From contig JAKADZ010000003.1 of the NCBI GenBank assembly GCA_021818475.1, forward strand, positions 27,988 through 91,987: a stretch of 64,000 bases of DNA, in the 5' to 3' direction. The translations under genes were made by a program, and so were the position numbers. This stretch comes from Nanobdellota archaeon. Lineage in GTDB: Archaea > Nanobdellota > Nanobdellia > Pacearchaeales > GW2011-AR1. Below the pieces are notes generated by a model, which was not told where the DNA came from, searched no databases, and saw only the letters and a program-made list of their open reading frames with translations. Of the stretch, positions 48,455 to 57,559 are shown in pieces (positions within the stretch are counted from its first letter, which is position 1; each line of letters opens with the position of its first letter).

Positions 48455-48607
48455 TTATTTTTTATTCTTTTCAATTTTAAATTCTAAATTTGACTTTGGT
48501 TCTTTTGGGTAAAGAAGGGGAATAATTCCTCTGTTTTGAATTTTATCTAACTCATCTAATCTTTTTCTGGCAGCCCAATAATTTTCATTCATGTAAACTT
48601 CATTCAT
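48455..48607 (-). CDS. possible small protein (50 aa)
   Basis: Manual ORF MNEVYMNENYWAARKRLDELDK.. exactly fills the intergenic gap. Confidence 0.3.
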   Translation of the reverse strand: MNEVYMNENYWAARKRLDELDKIQNRGIIPLLYPKEPKSNLEFKIEKNKK

Positions 48608-48658
48608 ATTATAATCTATAAAAATAAACTTTATTAACTTAATTTATTTTTATTGTTT

Positions 48659-49915
48659 ATGAAAAAGAATGTGATAATATTTTTTTGGATAATCTTAATT
48701 TTATTTCCGTTTATTTCTGCAGTTGAGTTTAATATAAACCAAAATTTCAGTCAGGGTGAAACAATAATTGCAAAACTTTCGGGAAACTTTTTGACTCCGG
48801 TTACAAATGATAATCTTTTATTTTACAAAGGACATGTCCAGATACCGATGGTTTATGACGTGGTAAAAGCAGGAACTGATTATTATTTTTATGCTTTGAC
48901 AACAGGTAAGTCTCCGGATAATTATTCAGTTTCGGTTCAAAATGTTCAATATACAAAAGGAACAGGTGTCAGCTCGGATAATCTAGCAGCAAATTTTTCA
49001 ATATTAAATACTACTGCAGCTTTTTCTGTCAATCCCGGAGTTATTTCAACTTCAGGAGATTTCAGCCTTGAAATTCAGAATCTGCTGGACAATCAAATTA
49101 ATGTAAATGTAAACACACAGACAAATAATTCTGTCAGGGAAATTTTTATTTCCGGTTCTCAAAGCTCGTCACTCTCTCTAAATTCAGGGGAGACTAAACA
49201 GATAGATTTCACTTTGGGGGACGGAGATTCAGGGCTTACTATGATTGGATTAAGTTCAGGAAATTTCAGTTATCAGATTCCTGTTTATATACTCTCTTCC
49301 TCTAAGACTGCTTCAGCACAGTCATTTGGAATGGATCCTCCCCAGTTATATCTTTCAGTTCCGACAAATACAACATTAACAAGGACTGTTCTGTTTTATA
49401 ACACGGGGGATGTTGACCTTCAGAATATTTCTCTTTCCCTTTCTGACTCATTAACTTCTTCAATGAATCTCTCGACTTATACAATAAATAATTTAAGTTC
49501 AAAATCAGGGACTCAGTTTGATTTATCCTTTTTTTCTTCCTCTGCAGGAACAGTTGAAGGGTATCTGAAGGCAAAATCGGGGGATTTATCAAATTCTTTT
49601 TTTGTCTCTCTTAATTTTATTAATAATTATACCACAAATCAAAGTGAATCTATTCTGACAAAAACCTGCGCAGAATTTAATGGGACTGTTTGTTCTTCCG
49701 ATGAGCAATGTGACCGAACTCCTGTTTACGCAAAAGATAGTGTATGCTGTCTGGGGTCCTGCATTCAGTCACAGGGAGGTTCATCAGGACAGACTGTAGG
49801 AATAATCCTTTTGGGGGTGGTAATTTTGGCAATTATTTTTTTCTACATAAGATATAAAAAAGCAAAGAGAAAACCCGTTAATCTGTTGGAAGTAGCAAAG
49901 GGGAAAAAGTTCTAA
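48659..49915 (+). CDS. surface protein with Ig-like region, Cys module and C-terminal TM
   Basis: Signal peptide, many NxS/T sequons, CC module, TM + basic tail. Confidence 0.8.
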   Translation: MKKNVIIFFWIILILFPFISAVEFNINQNFSQGETIIAKLSGNFLTPVTNDNLLFYKGHVQIPMVYDVVKAGTDYYFYALTTGKSPDNYSVSVQNVQYTKGTGVSSDNLAANFSILNTTAAFSVNPGVISTSGDFSLEIQNLLDNQINVNVNTQTNNSVREIFISGSQSSSLSLNSGETKQIDFTLGDGDSGLTMIGLSSGNFSYQIPVYILSSSKTASAQSFGMDPPQLYLSVPTNTTLTRTVLFYNTGDVDLQNISLSLSDSLTSSMNLSTYTINNLSSKSGTQFDLSFFSSSAGTVEGYLKAKSGDLSNSFFVSLNFINNYTTNQSESILTKTCAEFNGTVCSSDEQCDRTPVYAKDSVCCLGSCIQSQGGSSGQTVGIILLGVVILAIIFFYIRYKKAKRKPVNLLEVAKGKKF

Positions 49916-49983
49916 ACTTTATTGCCTATTTTTTAAAACTGTGTTTGTAAACATTTGGACTTTCAATCAAAAGATAATATTTT

Positions 49984-50199
49984 TTAAACAAGTAAATTAA
50001 GATACCTTCCTGTTTTTTCGTGTTCAATTAATTTTCCCTGTGAACTATATATCCCGGAAATTTTACTTTTCTCCTCTTCAAATCTTTTTTTAATTTTTCT
50101 TTCGAGTTGCAATTCAGAAATTTTTCCTGCATCAATAGTTTGTTTTATTGGCTGATAAAAATACCCTGTAAAACTCGTTATCGTAAGAATGTCGCTCAT
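49984..50199 (-). CDS. small hypothetical protein
   Basis: ATGA overlap with upstream gene. Confidence 0.5.
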   Translation of the reverse strand: MSDILTITSFTGYFYQPIKQTIDAGKISELQLERKIKKRFEEEKSKISGIYSSQGKLIEHEKTGRYLNLLV

Positions 50200-50696
50200 T
50201 TTCTTTTCTTTTTCTTTGGTTCAGCGTTTTCAGATTTTTTTTCTTCCCGCTCTTTCTTTTCCTGTTTCATCTCCATAGCTTCTTTCAGTCTTCTTTCAAG
50301 AATAGTTTTTTCATTCTGTAAAATTCTGGCAATCTCTTCATATCCGTGGAGCCTTCTTGTAAGCTCACTCAAGACATCGCTAAGTTCAGCATTTGTGAAG
50401 GATAAATTTTGTGGGGAAATTATCTCTATATAAGCGGGCATATATTTGAACATTAAAATTGTAAGGTAAAGAAGATTTTCTGTTTCAATTTCTACTTCTG
50501 CAAAACTGGTGTAAAAGTCTTTCTGGTCTTTCATTAAGACCGGTTCATTTATTTTAACACTTTTTATTGATACTCCCTTTTCTTCCCCTATATTTTTGAC
50601 CAATCCATTAAGAGTTTCAGTTAAAAATTCAGGGGGTCTGCCAAGTATTTCAAGAACAAACATCGAATTTATTTTTTTATTTTCAGTTGAACTCAT
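50196..50696 (-). CDS. hypothetical protein
   Basis: LEILGRP, YTSFAEVE, YMPAYIEI motifs. Confidence 0.75.
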   Translation of the reverse strand: MSSTENKKINSMFVLEILGRPPEFLTETLNGLVKNIGEEKGVSIKSVKINEPVLMKDQKDFYTSFAEVEIETENLLYLTILMFKYMPAYIEIISPQNLSFTNAELSDVLSELTRRLHGYEEIARILQNEKTILERRLKEAMEMKQEKKEREEKKSENAEPKKKKRK

Positions 50697-51207
50697 TTTT
50701 TCTTTTTCTTCCTTTTAATAAAAGCAACGCCCCAAAGATTATTCCCATGGCAATAAGGCCATAAAAAGGCAAATTCTTTTTCAAAACTTCTGAATTATTT
50801 TCCGTTTTTATAGTTTTTGCATTTAGAATAATCGGTGTTGAACTTGTAGTAATCTCTTCTTTGGAATTATTAATCAGGTAAATCCCCTCATCTGAAATAT
50901 TTTCTTCAGCGTGACTTTGAACTGAATAATTTTTAGCAACAGGCAAGTCCTCGCTGACACAGGCCAGCTCCTGTTCTTTTATTTTTGTTAAAGTAGAGTT
51001 TCCAATTCCTTTTACTTTAATCATATCTTCAACACTGCTAAATGGTCTTGATTCAATAATTGCCATCGCTTTGACACTTCCTATTCCTGCAAGCTTGTCA
51101 AGGTCATCGGCAGAAGCAGAATTTATATCAATTTGGGAGGAATTGCATGAAGCAGAAATCGTTGACAATAAAAAAATAAAAATTAATAACTCTCCTGATT
51201 TAATCAT
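50683..51207 (-). CDS. ComEA-like helix-hairpin-helix DNA-binding surface protein
   Basis: IDINSAS..LAGIG..AIIESRPF..VKGIG; signal peptide and C-terminal TM. Confidence 0.88.
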   Translation of the reverse strand: MIKSGELLIFIFLLSTISASCNSSQIDINSASADDLDKLAGIGSVKAMAIIESRPFSSVEDMIKVKGIGNSTLTKIKEQELACVSEDLPVAKNYSVQSHAEENISDEGIYLINNSKEEITTSSTPIILNAKTIKTENNSEVLKKNLPFYGLIAMGIIFGALLLLKGRKRKNEFN

Positions 51208-51231
51208 ACTAAAAATAACTTCATATAATTT

Positions 51232-51798
51232 TTATTCTTTGTGATACTTTTCCCTGAAATCAAGATATTCAATTCCTCTTCCTTCCAGCAATTTCATTGC
51301 TGGCGAAATGGATTTCCTATTCATTTCCTTCCCTTTTTTTGATTTCCTTGCAATTAAAATTCTTGAAAAAATTTTATTCTCCAGAAGCCATAAACACATG
51401 CCCTTTTCAATTTGGTCAAGATACCCATTCGCTTTTACTTCTACTCCAATAACTTCATAACTTCCATTGTCATCTTCTTTAATTTTGCTTTCAGGAATTA
51501 ATGTTCCGTCAATCATTTCTTCCTCCTCTTTTTTTTCTATTCTTCTAAAACAGACAAAATCCGGAAATCCTGTTCCTATCGTCATGGCTTTCATAAATGG
51601 ATTATATTTTCTTTTTGAAGGAACCAATTTTCCTGTATTTCCGTTTTTATCATAATCAACGGTATTCATCCATTTGCTGACAATCCACCCCAAATTTTCA
51701 AGTTCCTGCCTGGCTTTTGCTTCAAATCTTTGCCCGGCAGCGCGATTCTTTTTTCCTTGTTTTGATTTTTCAGAAGAAGCACCTTCTTTTTTTTCCAT
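51232..51798 (-). CDS. PD-(D/E)xK nuclease-like (Hjc-like) protein
   Basis: GQRFE, GFPDF, GVEVK. Confidence 0.65.
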   Translation of the reverse strand: MEKKEGASSEKSKQGKKNRAAGQRFEAKARQELENLGWIVSKWMNTVDYDKNGNTGKLVPSKRKYNPFMKAMTIGTGFPDFVCFRRIEKKEEEEMIDGTLIPESKIKEDDNGSYEVIGVEVKANGYLDQIEKGMCLWLLENKIFSRILIARKSKKGKEMNRKSISPAMKLLEGRGIEYLDFREKYHKE

Positions 51799-51828
51799 GA
51801 TATTCTTTTGAGATGAAACTTTATATTT

Positions 51829-52689
51829 TTATTTATAACCAATCATATTCAGAATTTTAGAGACGACATCACTTTTGTTCATGCAATAAAAATGAATCCC
51901 CCTTGCCCCGTTTGTTCTTAGTTCATCTGCCTGCAATGCCGCATAATGTATCCCATATCTCTCAATATCTTCTGGTTTATCCTCCAGCGTTTCAAGTTTA
52001 TTCATTAATTTTTTTGGAAGTTCATGCCCGCTAAGTGCAGCCATCTTTTTTATCTGGTGATAATTTGTTATCGGCATAATTCCCGGGATAATAGGAATTT
52101 TTATCCCTGCTTTTTCGGTCCTTTCAATAAATTCATAAAATTTTTCATTATCCAAAAATAATTGTGTAATCAAAAAATCAGTTCCGGCATCAACTTTCTT
52201 CTTCAGATTTTCTATATCCTCCTCAAGGGATAAAGATTCCAAATGCCCCTGCGGGTAACAAGCTCCGCCAATGCAAAATCCGTTGCTTCTTTTCACAAAA
52301 GAAACTAAATCACTTGCATAATTAAAATCGTTCTGATACTGTTCCAGTTTTTTTCCATTCGGCAAATCCCCCCTTAATGCAAGAACATTTTCGATCCCCC
52401 GTCTTTTAAGTTCCCCCAAGATTTCTTTTATTTCTTCTTTATTTGAATTAATGCAGGTTAAATGAGCCAATACTTCCGTATTAAAAAAAGTTTTTACAAC
52501 AGAAGCTACGTCGACGCTTTTGTCTTTTGTGCTTCCTCCTGCCCCATATGTAACTGATATCCAGTCAGGATTGTATTTTCTTAATTGTGAGATTGTCATA
52601 ACTAAGCTTTCAAATTCCCCTTCTTTCTTTGGAGGAAATATTTCAAAAGATAATGTTCTTTTTTCAGAAAGAATATCTTTAATTTTCAT
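51829..52689 (-). CDS. metF: 5,10-methylenetetrahydrofolate reductase
   Basis: SFEIFPPK, SVTYGAGG, AHLTC, LALRGD, ITQLF. Confidence 0.95.
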   Translation of the reverse strand: MKIKDILSEKRTLSFEIFPPKKEGEFESLVMTISQLRKYNPDWISVTYGAGGSTKDKSVDVASVVKTFFNTEVLAHLTCINSNKEEIKEILGELKRRGIENVLALRGDLPNGKKLEQYQNDFNYASDLVSFVKRSNGFCIGGACYPQGHLESLSLEEDIENLKKKVDAGTDFLITQLFLDNEKFYEFIERTEKAGIKIPIIPGIMPITNYHQIKKMAALSGHELPKKLMNKLETLEDKPEDIERYGIHYAALQADELRTNGARGIHFYCMNKSDVVSKILNMIGYK

Positions 52690-52739
52690 AAAAAAAATTA
52701 CCCTGGATTATTTATAATTTTTATTGCAATAGGAATCAA

Positions 52740-52925
52740 TTAAATGTCACGTCCCTGCAAAGTTCTGCGACCATTTAATTTTGCTCTTCTGATTCCTTCT
52801 CTTAGAATATCTTCAACTTTTTTTTCGAGTTCAACACCCACTTCGTCAGAAACAGAAGAAATTTCTCCTGCTTTGTCAAGTTCCCGGATAACTTTTCGGA
52901 TATTTGATTTTATAATTAATGCCAT
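52740..52925 (-). CDS. small histone-fold protein
   Basis: 61 aa with RRAKLNGRRTLQGRDI histone-fold C-terminal signature. Confidence 0.8.
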   Translation of the reverse strand: MALIIKSNIRKVIRELDKAGEISSVSDEVGVELEKKVEDILREGIRRAKLNGRRTLQGRDI

Positions 52926-53720
52926 TTATTTTCCTCCTGCTTTTTTCACATTCTCTTCAAAGTCTTTTATAACTGCTTTAAGCTGTTCAACTTCTTTTTC
53001 AGAAACCTTATATTCCTCATGGACAATTTTGTTATGTAATATTTCAATCTTATTTATTTTTTCTTTAGTATCGTATTTTATCAGATTGTTATCAAGCAAA
53101 AGATTTGATGCCCCCTTTAAATCAATTGATTCGTCTTCTTCTATTGAGATATTCATTCTTTCAACAATTGCATTTTTTACCACAGAATCTAAGATTAGAT
53201 AATATCTCAGGAATTCTGATACGTTGTCTTTTGTCGGAGGCTCTAATTTTAATTTTTCTATTTCCTCTTCAAGTTCCATTGAATCATTTTCCCTGTCCTT
53301 CCTTTCAGACCATATTGAAGCAAAAATGCCAAAGACCGCGAAGAATAATGAAAGGATGCTAAGGATAATTCCCTGAACAAATAAAGATTGGAAAAATAAA
53401 ATTATCATTATGTAAAATGGGGACAGGAATGAAATAAACCAGAGAATAGAAGCGATGCTATTCATGTACCTTTTCATTCTGTTTAAAGGATCCTGAACTA
53501 TGTAATTAACTCCATAAAAATAAATTGATAAAAACTGAATTAAAATAATAAAATTGACAAACTGTTCAGGCGAAACATCCATCCAGAAAACATTGAAAGT
53601 TATTCCAGAGGAAAAAAGCTGGACTATAGATTCCTTAAGCGTAAAAATTATTAAAAGAAACGAAAGTGCATAAACTACCTTGCTGTCAATAAATGCAAAA
53701 AATTTATTTTCGTCTGCCAT
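52926..53720 (-). CDS. 4-TM membrane protein with helical C-terminal domain
   Basis: Hydrophobic N-half, charged helical C-half with LHNKIVHE. Confidence 0.7.
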   Translation of the reverse strand: MADENKFFAFIDSKVVYALSFLLIIFTLKESIVQLFSSGITFNVFWMDVSPEQFVNFIILIQFLSIYFYGVNYIVQDPLNRMKRYMNSIASILWFISFLSPFYIMIILFFQSLFVQGIILSILSLFFAVFGIFASIWSERKDRENDSMELEEEIEKLKLEPPTKDNVSEFLRYYLILDSVVKNAIVERMNISIEEDESIDLKGASNLLLDNNLIKYDTKEKINKIEILHNKIVHEEYKVSEKEVEQLKAVIKDFEENVKKAGGK

Positions 53721-53773
53721 AATTCCCTCTTTTACTAATTATCCTAACGATTAATTATTTATTAATCTTGTCA

Positions 53774-54358
53774 TTAAATCAGTCCGACTTCTTCCTTAAT
53801 TTTTTTTATCGATTCTATCCCTACCTCAAAAAATTCATCAAGGGAAATTCCTGTTTTTTCTATTTCACTTATTATCCTTCTGTCGCATCCTGCAGCAAAT
53901 GCTTTATCTTTGAATTTTTTCTTTAATCCTTTAGCTTCCATATCTGAAATCTTTCCACTCCTCATCAGAGCATAAGCATGAATCAGTCCCGTAAGGGTTT
54001 CAGCAGCAGCAAGAGCAAATTCAATTTTCTCTGTTCTTTGTTTTTCAGAAAATACTGGTATATCTTTATGCCCGTAAGCATGGCTCTGGATTATCTGAAT
54101 AAACTTTTCATCAAATCCTGCTTCTTTCAGAATTTTTTCTGCCTTGATTGTGTGTTCTGCCCAATTATCTTTTGTAATGCTCCAATCCACATCATGCAGC
54201 AGCCCAAGCATTCCAAAATAATTTTCATCTTCTCCGAATTTTTTTGCAAGTCCGCGCATAATAGCTTCGCTTTCTAAATAATGATTCATATCCGAATTTA
54301 ATTGAGGATATTTTTTTAGAATTTCAACAGCCTTTTCTCTTGAAATCGGAAGATTCAT
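53774..54358 (-). CDS. HD-domain (HDIG-like) hydrolase
   Basis: NHYL, GLLHDVD, EHT, QSH, KKKFKDKAFAAG. Confidence 0.85.
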   Translation of the reverse strand: MNLPISREKAVEILKKYPQLNSDMNHYLESEAIMRGLAKKFGEDENYFGMLGLLHDVDWSITKDNWAEHTIKAEKILKEAGFDEKFIQIIQSHAYGHKDIPVFSEKQRTEKIEFALAAAETLTGLIHAYALMRSGKISDMEAKGLKKKFKDKAFAAGCDRRIISEIEKTGISLDEFFEVGIESIKKIKEEVGLI

Positions 54359-54359
54359 T

Positions 54360-55856
54360 TTATTTTTCCTTTCGCTCGGCATTTTTGGCGGACGAAGCCT
54401 GAACTTTATGTTCAGAACTAGGTTTCATTAACGGAAATATAACTGCTTCCCTTGCAGGTTTGTCGACGAGATACCCAAAAAATCTTTCTGATAATCCGAA
54501 TCCGCATGTTGGCGGCATACCATATTTAAGAGCTTCCACAAATCCTTTATCATGTTCCATACTTTCAGTGTCCCCTTTTTCTTTTTTCTCCATCTGTTCT
54601 TTGAATCTTTCTTCCTGGTCAATAGGATCATTAAGTTCTGAATAACCGTTCCCCATCTCTGTTCCTGCGATAATTACCTGAAACTGCTGGACTACTTTGT
54701 TATCTTCGGGATTTCTTTTTGCCAGAGGAGCAAGTTCAACTGGCTGATTAATCAGGAAACCCGGTCCTGAAAGTTTTTTCCTGCAATATTTCCAAAGAAT
54801 ATCGACCATTCTCCATTTGTCAACGTTCTTATTATATTCCATCTCCAACTCATCGAGTTTTTTCTTTATCTTATGTTCATCATCCTTGTAAATGTCAATT
54901 CCTGTTTTTTCTTTTATCAGCGTTTTATAGTCGTAAGTCTCCCATGTTTTTCCTAAATCCACTTCATATCCGTGAGTTTTGAATTTCAAAGTTCCTAAAA
55001 CTTCTTTGGCGACTTTTTTATACATCTCTTCAACGAGTTTCATCCCTTCTTTGTAATCTGCATATGCCCAATAGAATTCCATCTGGCTGTAATCCTGCAA
55101 ATGCTCCATATCCATTCCTTCATTTCTGAACTGTCTTCCGATTTCAAATGTCTTGTCATATCCAGCAACCATCAATCTCTTTTGCCACAATTCTCCCATT
55201 GAAATTCTCAGATAAACATCAATATCAAGGGCATTGTGGTGAGTCCTGAATGGCGTCGCTGCCGCTCCGCCTGCAGAATTTTCAAGGGCGGGAGTTTCTA
55301 CTTCCAAAAATCCCCTTTCAATAAGAAAATTTCTTATAGTCTGCCAGAATTTTGCTTTTTTTATGAATAATTCTTTTATTTCCGGATTAATCATGATATC
55401 AAGATATCTTTTTCTCAATCTTTCTTCATCGTCCTGCAGGCCGTGGAATTTTTCAGGCAGCGGAAGAATAGCTTTGCTTAACAATTCAATCTTTTTTACA
55501 AGAATGGAAATTTCTCCTGTTTTTGTTTTGAAAGTTTCACCTTCAACTCCGACAAAATCCCCTTCGTCGATATATTTTTTGAAAAAATCAAAAATTTTGT
55601 CAGGCGTTTTTTCTTCCTGAAAAACAATTTGTACATCTCCTGAAACATCTCTCAATTTTGCAAATGCAATTTTCCCCAAATCTCTTTTGCTCATTAATCT
55701 GCCTGCAGTTTTGACTTTTGTTTCAAGTTTTGCTTTCAGGCATTCTGAAGCAGAATTTTTTTTGTCGAATTTTGCAGGATAAGGATCAATTCCTTCTTTT
55801 CTAAGCTCTTCAATTTTTTTTATTCTTTCATTGATTATCTGTTCTTCGCGCCCCAT
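54360..55856 (-). CDS. lysS: lysine--tRNA ligase, class II
   Basis: OB-fold N-terminus, FLEVETP, FRNEG, ELNDP, YGMPPTCGFG. Confidence 0.96.
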   Translation of the reverse strand: MGREEQIINERIKKIEELRKEGIDPYPAKFDKKNSASECLKAKLETKVKTAGRLMSKRDLGKIAFAKLRDVSGDVQIVFQEEKTPDKIFDFFKKYIDEGDFVGVEGETFKTKTGEISILVKKIELLSKAILPLPEKFHGLQDDEERLRKRYLDIMINPEIKELFIKKAKFWQTIRNFLIERGFLEVETPALENSAGGAAATPFRTHHNALDIDVYLRISMGELWQKRLMVAGYDKTFEIGRQFRNEGMDMEHLQDYSQMEFYWAYADYKEGMKLVEEMYKKVAKEVLGTLKFKTHGYEVDLGKTWETYDYKTLIKEKTGIDIYKDDEHKIKKKLDELEMEYNKNVDKWRMVDILWKYCRKKLSGPGFLINQPVELAPLAKRNPEDNKVVQQFQVIIAGTEMGNGYSELNDPIDQEERFKEQMEKKEKGDTESMEHDKGFVEALKYGMPPTCGFGLSERFFGYLVDKPAREAVIFPLMKPSSEHKVQASSAKNAERKEK

Positions 55857-55942
55857 ATTATCAGATGATTTTTGTCATTAAAATACTTTACTATATTCTT
55901 CAATACAGAATTATTTTTAAATTAAGTTTATGCTTTATTTTT

Positions 55943-56536
55943 ATGTCTGTCAAGAAAAAATATGTGTCAATTGATGTAGAAACTAACGGCCCGTATCCGT
56001 GGAGAAGTTCAATGCTTTCTTTTGGTGCATGCATAGTCGGGGATAAAAACAAAATTTTTTATAGAGAACTAAAACCAATTACCTCTGAATATGAAATTGA
56101 ACATTTTAGAATAGGGGCGAAAAGTCTGGCTGTTTTAAGTGATTATGATCATGAAAATTTTAATCCGGAAGAGGTGTTAAAAATTCTGGATATAAAAGGA
56201 GATTCTCCTAAGTTGGCAATTCCAAAATTCGTGGGATGGGTTCTGGAAAATACTGAAGGATATCGTCCTGTTCTATTAGCTGCTCCAATTATTTTTGACG
56301 GGCAGTTTATTAATTATTATATTGATAAGTTTCATCCAAGGCAAAATCCATTTGGTCATTCAGGGGAAGATATAAATTCTGTATTTCGCGGAAATGTCAA
56401 GGACATGACTGCTAATATCAGGGAACTTGATTTGCGTGCAGATCTTCCAAGACATAATGCTCTTGAAGATGCAGTTCAGCAGGCAAGAGAATTTTACACG
56501 ACATTGGTTCATATGAGGCAGCAGGGGAGAATTTAA
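55943..56536 (+). CDS. DEDDh 3'-5' exonuclease
   Basis: SIDVETNGP, FD, HNALEDA. Confidence 0.85.
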   Translation: MSVKKKYVSIDVETNGPYPWRSSMLSFGACIVGDKNKIFYRELKPITSEYEIEHFRIGAKSLAVLSDYDHENFNPEEVLKILDIKGDSPKLAIPKFVGWVLENTEGYRPVLLAAPIIFDGQFINYYIDKFHPRQNPFGHSGEDINSVFRGNVKDMTANIRELDLRADLPRHNALEDAVQQAREFYTTLVHMRQQGRI

Positions 56537-56570
56537 CAAGATTTAAAAATAATTTTTCATTAAGATTATA

Positions 56571-56804
56571 ATGCCACGAAAAAACAGAAGAAAATATTTA
56601 TTCAAAAGAGGAAAAGAAGAAATGAACTGTGAAAAAAATAATCATCATTGTCATAGAGGCGGCGGAATTTACTTCTTAGGATTTGTCGGCGCAGCAATTT
56701 ATTATATTCAAATGGCTACTTCATTCTGGGACGGAGTTCTCGGCTTTCTAAAAGCATTGGTATGGCCTGCATTTTTAGTGTACAAGTTATTGGGCGGATT
56801 CTAA
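56571..56804 (+). CDS. small membrane protein
   Basis: GGIYFLGFVGAAIYYI..LKALVWPA; start may be the downstream Met. Confidence 0.7.
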   Translation: MPRKNRRKYLFKRGKEEMNCEKNNHHCHRGGGIYFLGFVGAAIYYIQMATSFWDGVLGFLKALVWPAFLVYKLLGGF

Positions 56805-56883
56805 AAATTATTTCTTATGTTTTCTTAACAGAATATATTCGCTCACTCCAAAGTCGTTCGCTGATTTCTATTCCCGCCCACCC

Positions 56884-56940
56884 AACTCGAGCCCTCACTC
56901 ATTGCTATTATATTTTTTCCTGCATTCGTGAAAACTCTCG
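56884..56940 (-). repeat. structured repeat family A copy 6
   Basis: Reverse complement C-GA-GAGTTTTCAC-GA..GA-GTGAGGGCTC-GA. Confidence 0.85.
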
Positions 56941-57070
56941 CCCAAAGAGAAAATTTGTATCACCTCTTTTTTTGGGGTAGGTAGAATTTGAACAATTCAT
57001 TTTAGATTTAACATTAACTTATTTTTCTCAACGAAGCGTCGTGTCTGAAAGCCGACGCGGAGAAATTAAT

Positions 57071-57130
57071 CTGCGTAAGCACAAATTCAAGGGGAAAATG
57101 AATGTAAAGAAACAGTGTAGGTGTCGTTCA
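57071..57130 (+). repeat. short repeat family B copy 5 (diverged)
   Basis: AAGCACAAATTCAAGGGGAAAAT..AAGAAACAGTGTAGGTGTCGTTCA. Confidence 0.6.
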
Positions 57131-57157
57131 TTGCGAGCGATAGCGAGCGTATTTGTT

Positions 57158-57559
57158 TCATTTCTCATCTAATTCCCGATTTAGCAATTCATCTACAATA
57201 ACCTGAAATTTATCTTCCCGTGAAACATGTTTATATTTTATTTTATGGAAGTTCTCCTGAAGTTTCTGGACTTTCAAAAATAAAGGAAGCAGATGTGGAT
57301 TTCTTACTTTATATTCTCCTAACAATTGTTTTACAACTAATTCAGAATCAAGAACACATGTAATCTCATCTTTTGTAAATCTTGATGCAAGTTCAAGAGC
57401 TTTTATCAGTGCTTCATACTCTGCAACATTGTTAGTTACAAACTTTCCTATTTTTGCAGAATATTGAGTAAGAATCTTTTCATCATCTCGCACAATTACT
57501 CCGATTGCTCCTGGTCCGGGGTTACCACGAGCTCCCCCATCGCTATTTGTGTATATCAT
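57158..57559 (-). CDS. rnhA: ribonuclease HI
   Basis: SDGGARGNPG, TNNVAEYEA, DSELVV. Confidence 0.93.
   Translation of the reverse strand: MIYTNSDGGARGNPGPGAIGVIVRDDEKILTQYSAKIGKFVTNNVAEYEALIKALELASRFTKDEITCVLDSELVVKQLLGEYKVRNPHLLPLFLKVQKLQENFHKIKYKHVSREDKFQVIVDELLNRELDEK

Noticed and set aside
51279-51332. Hairpin CCAGCAAT/ATTGCTGG with flanking TTCCTTCC as another in-frame insertion
   Set aside because: No second copy in the window, and the duplication spacing (46 bp) is not a multiple of three
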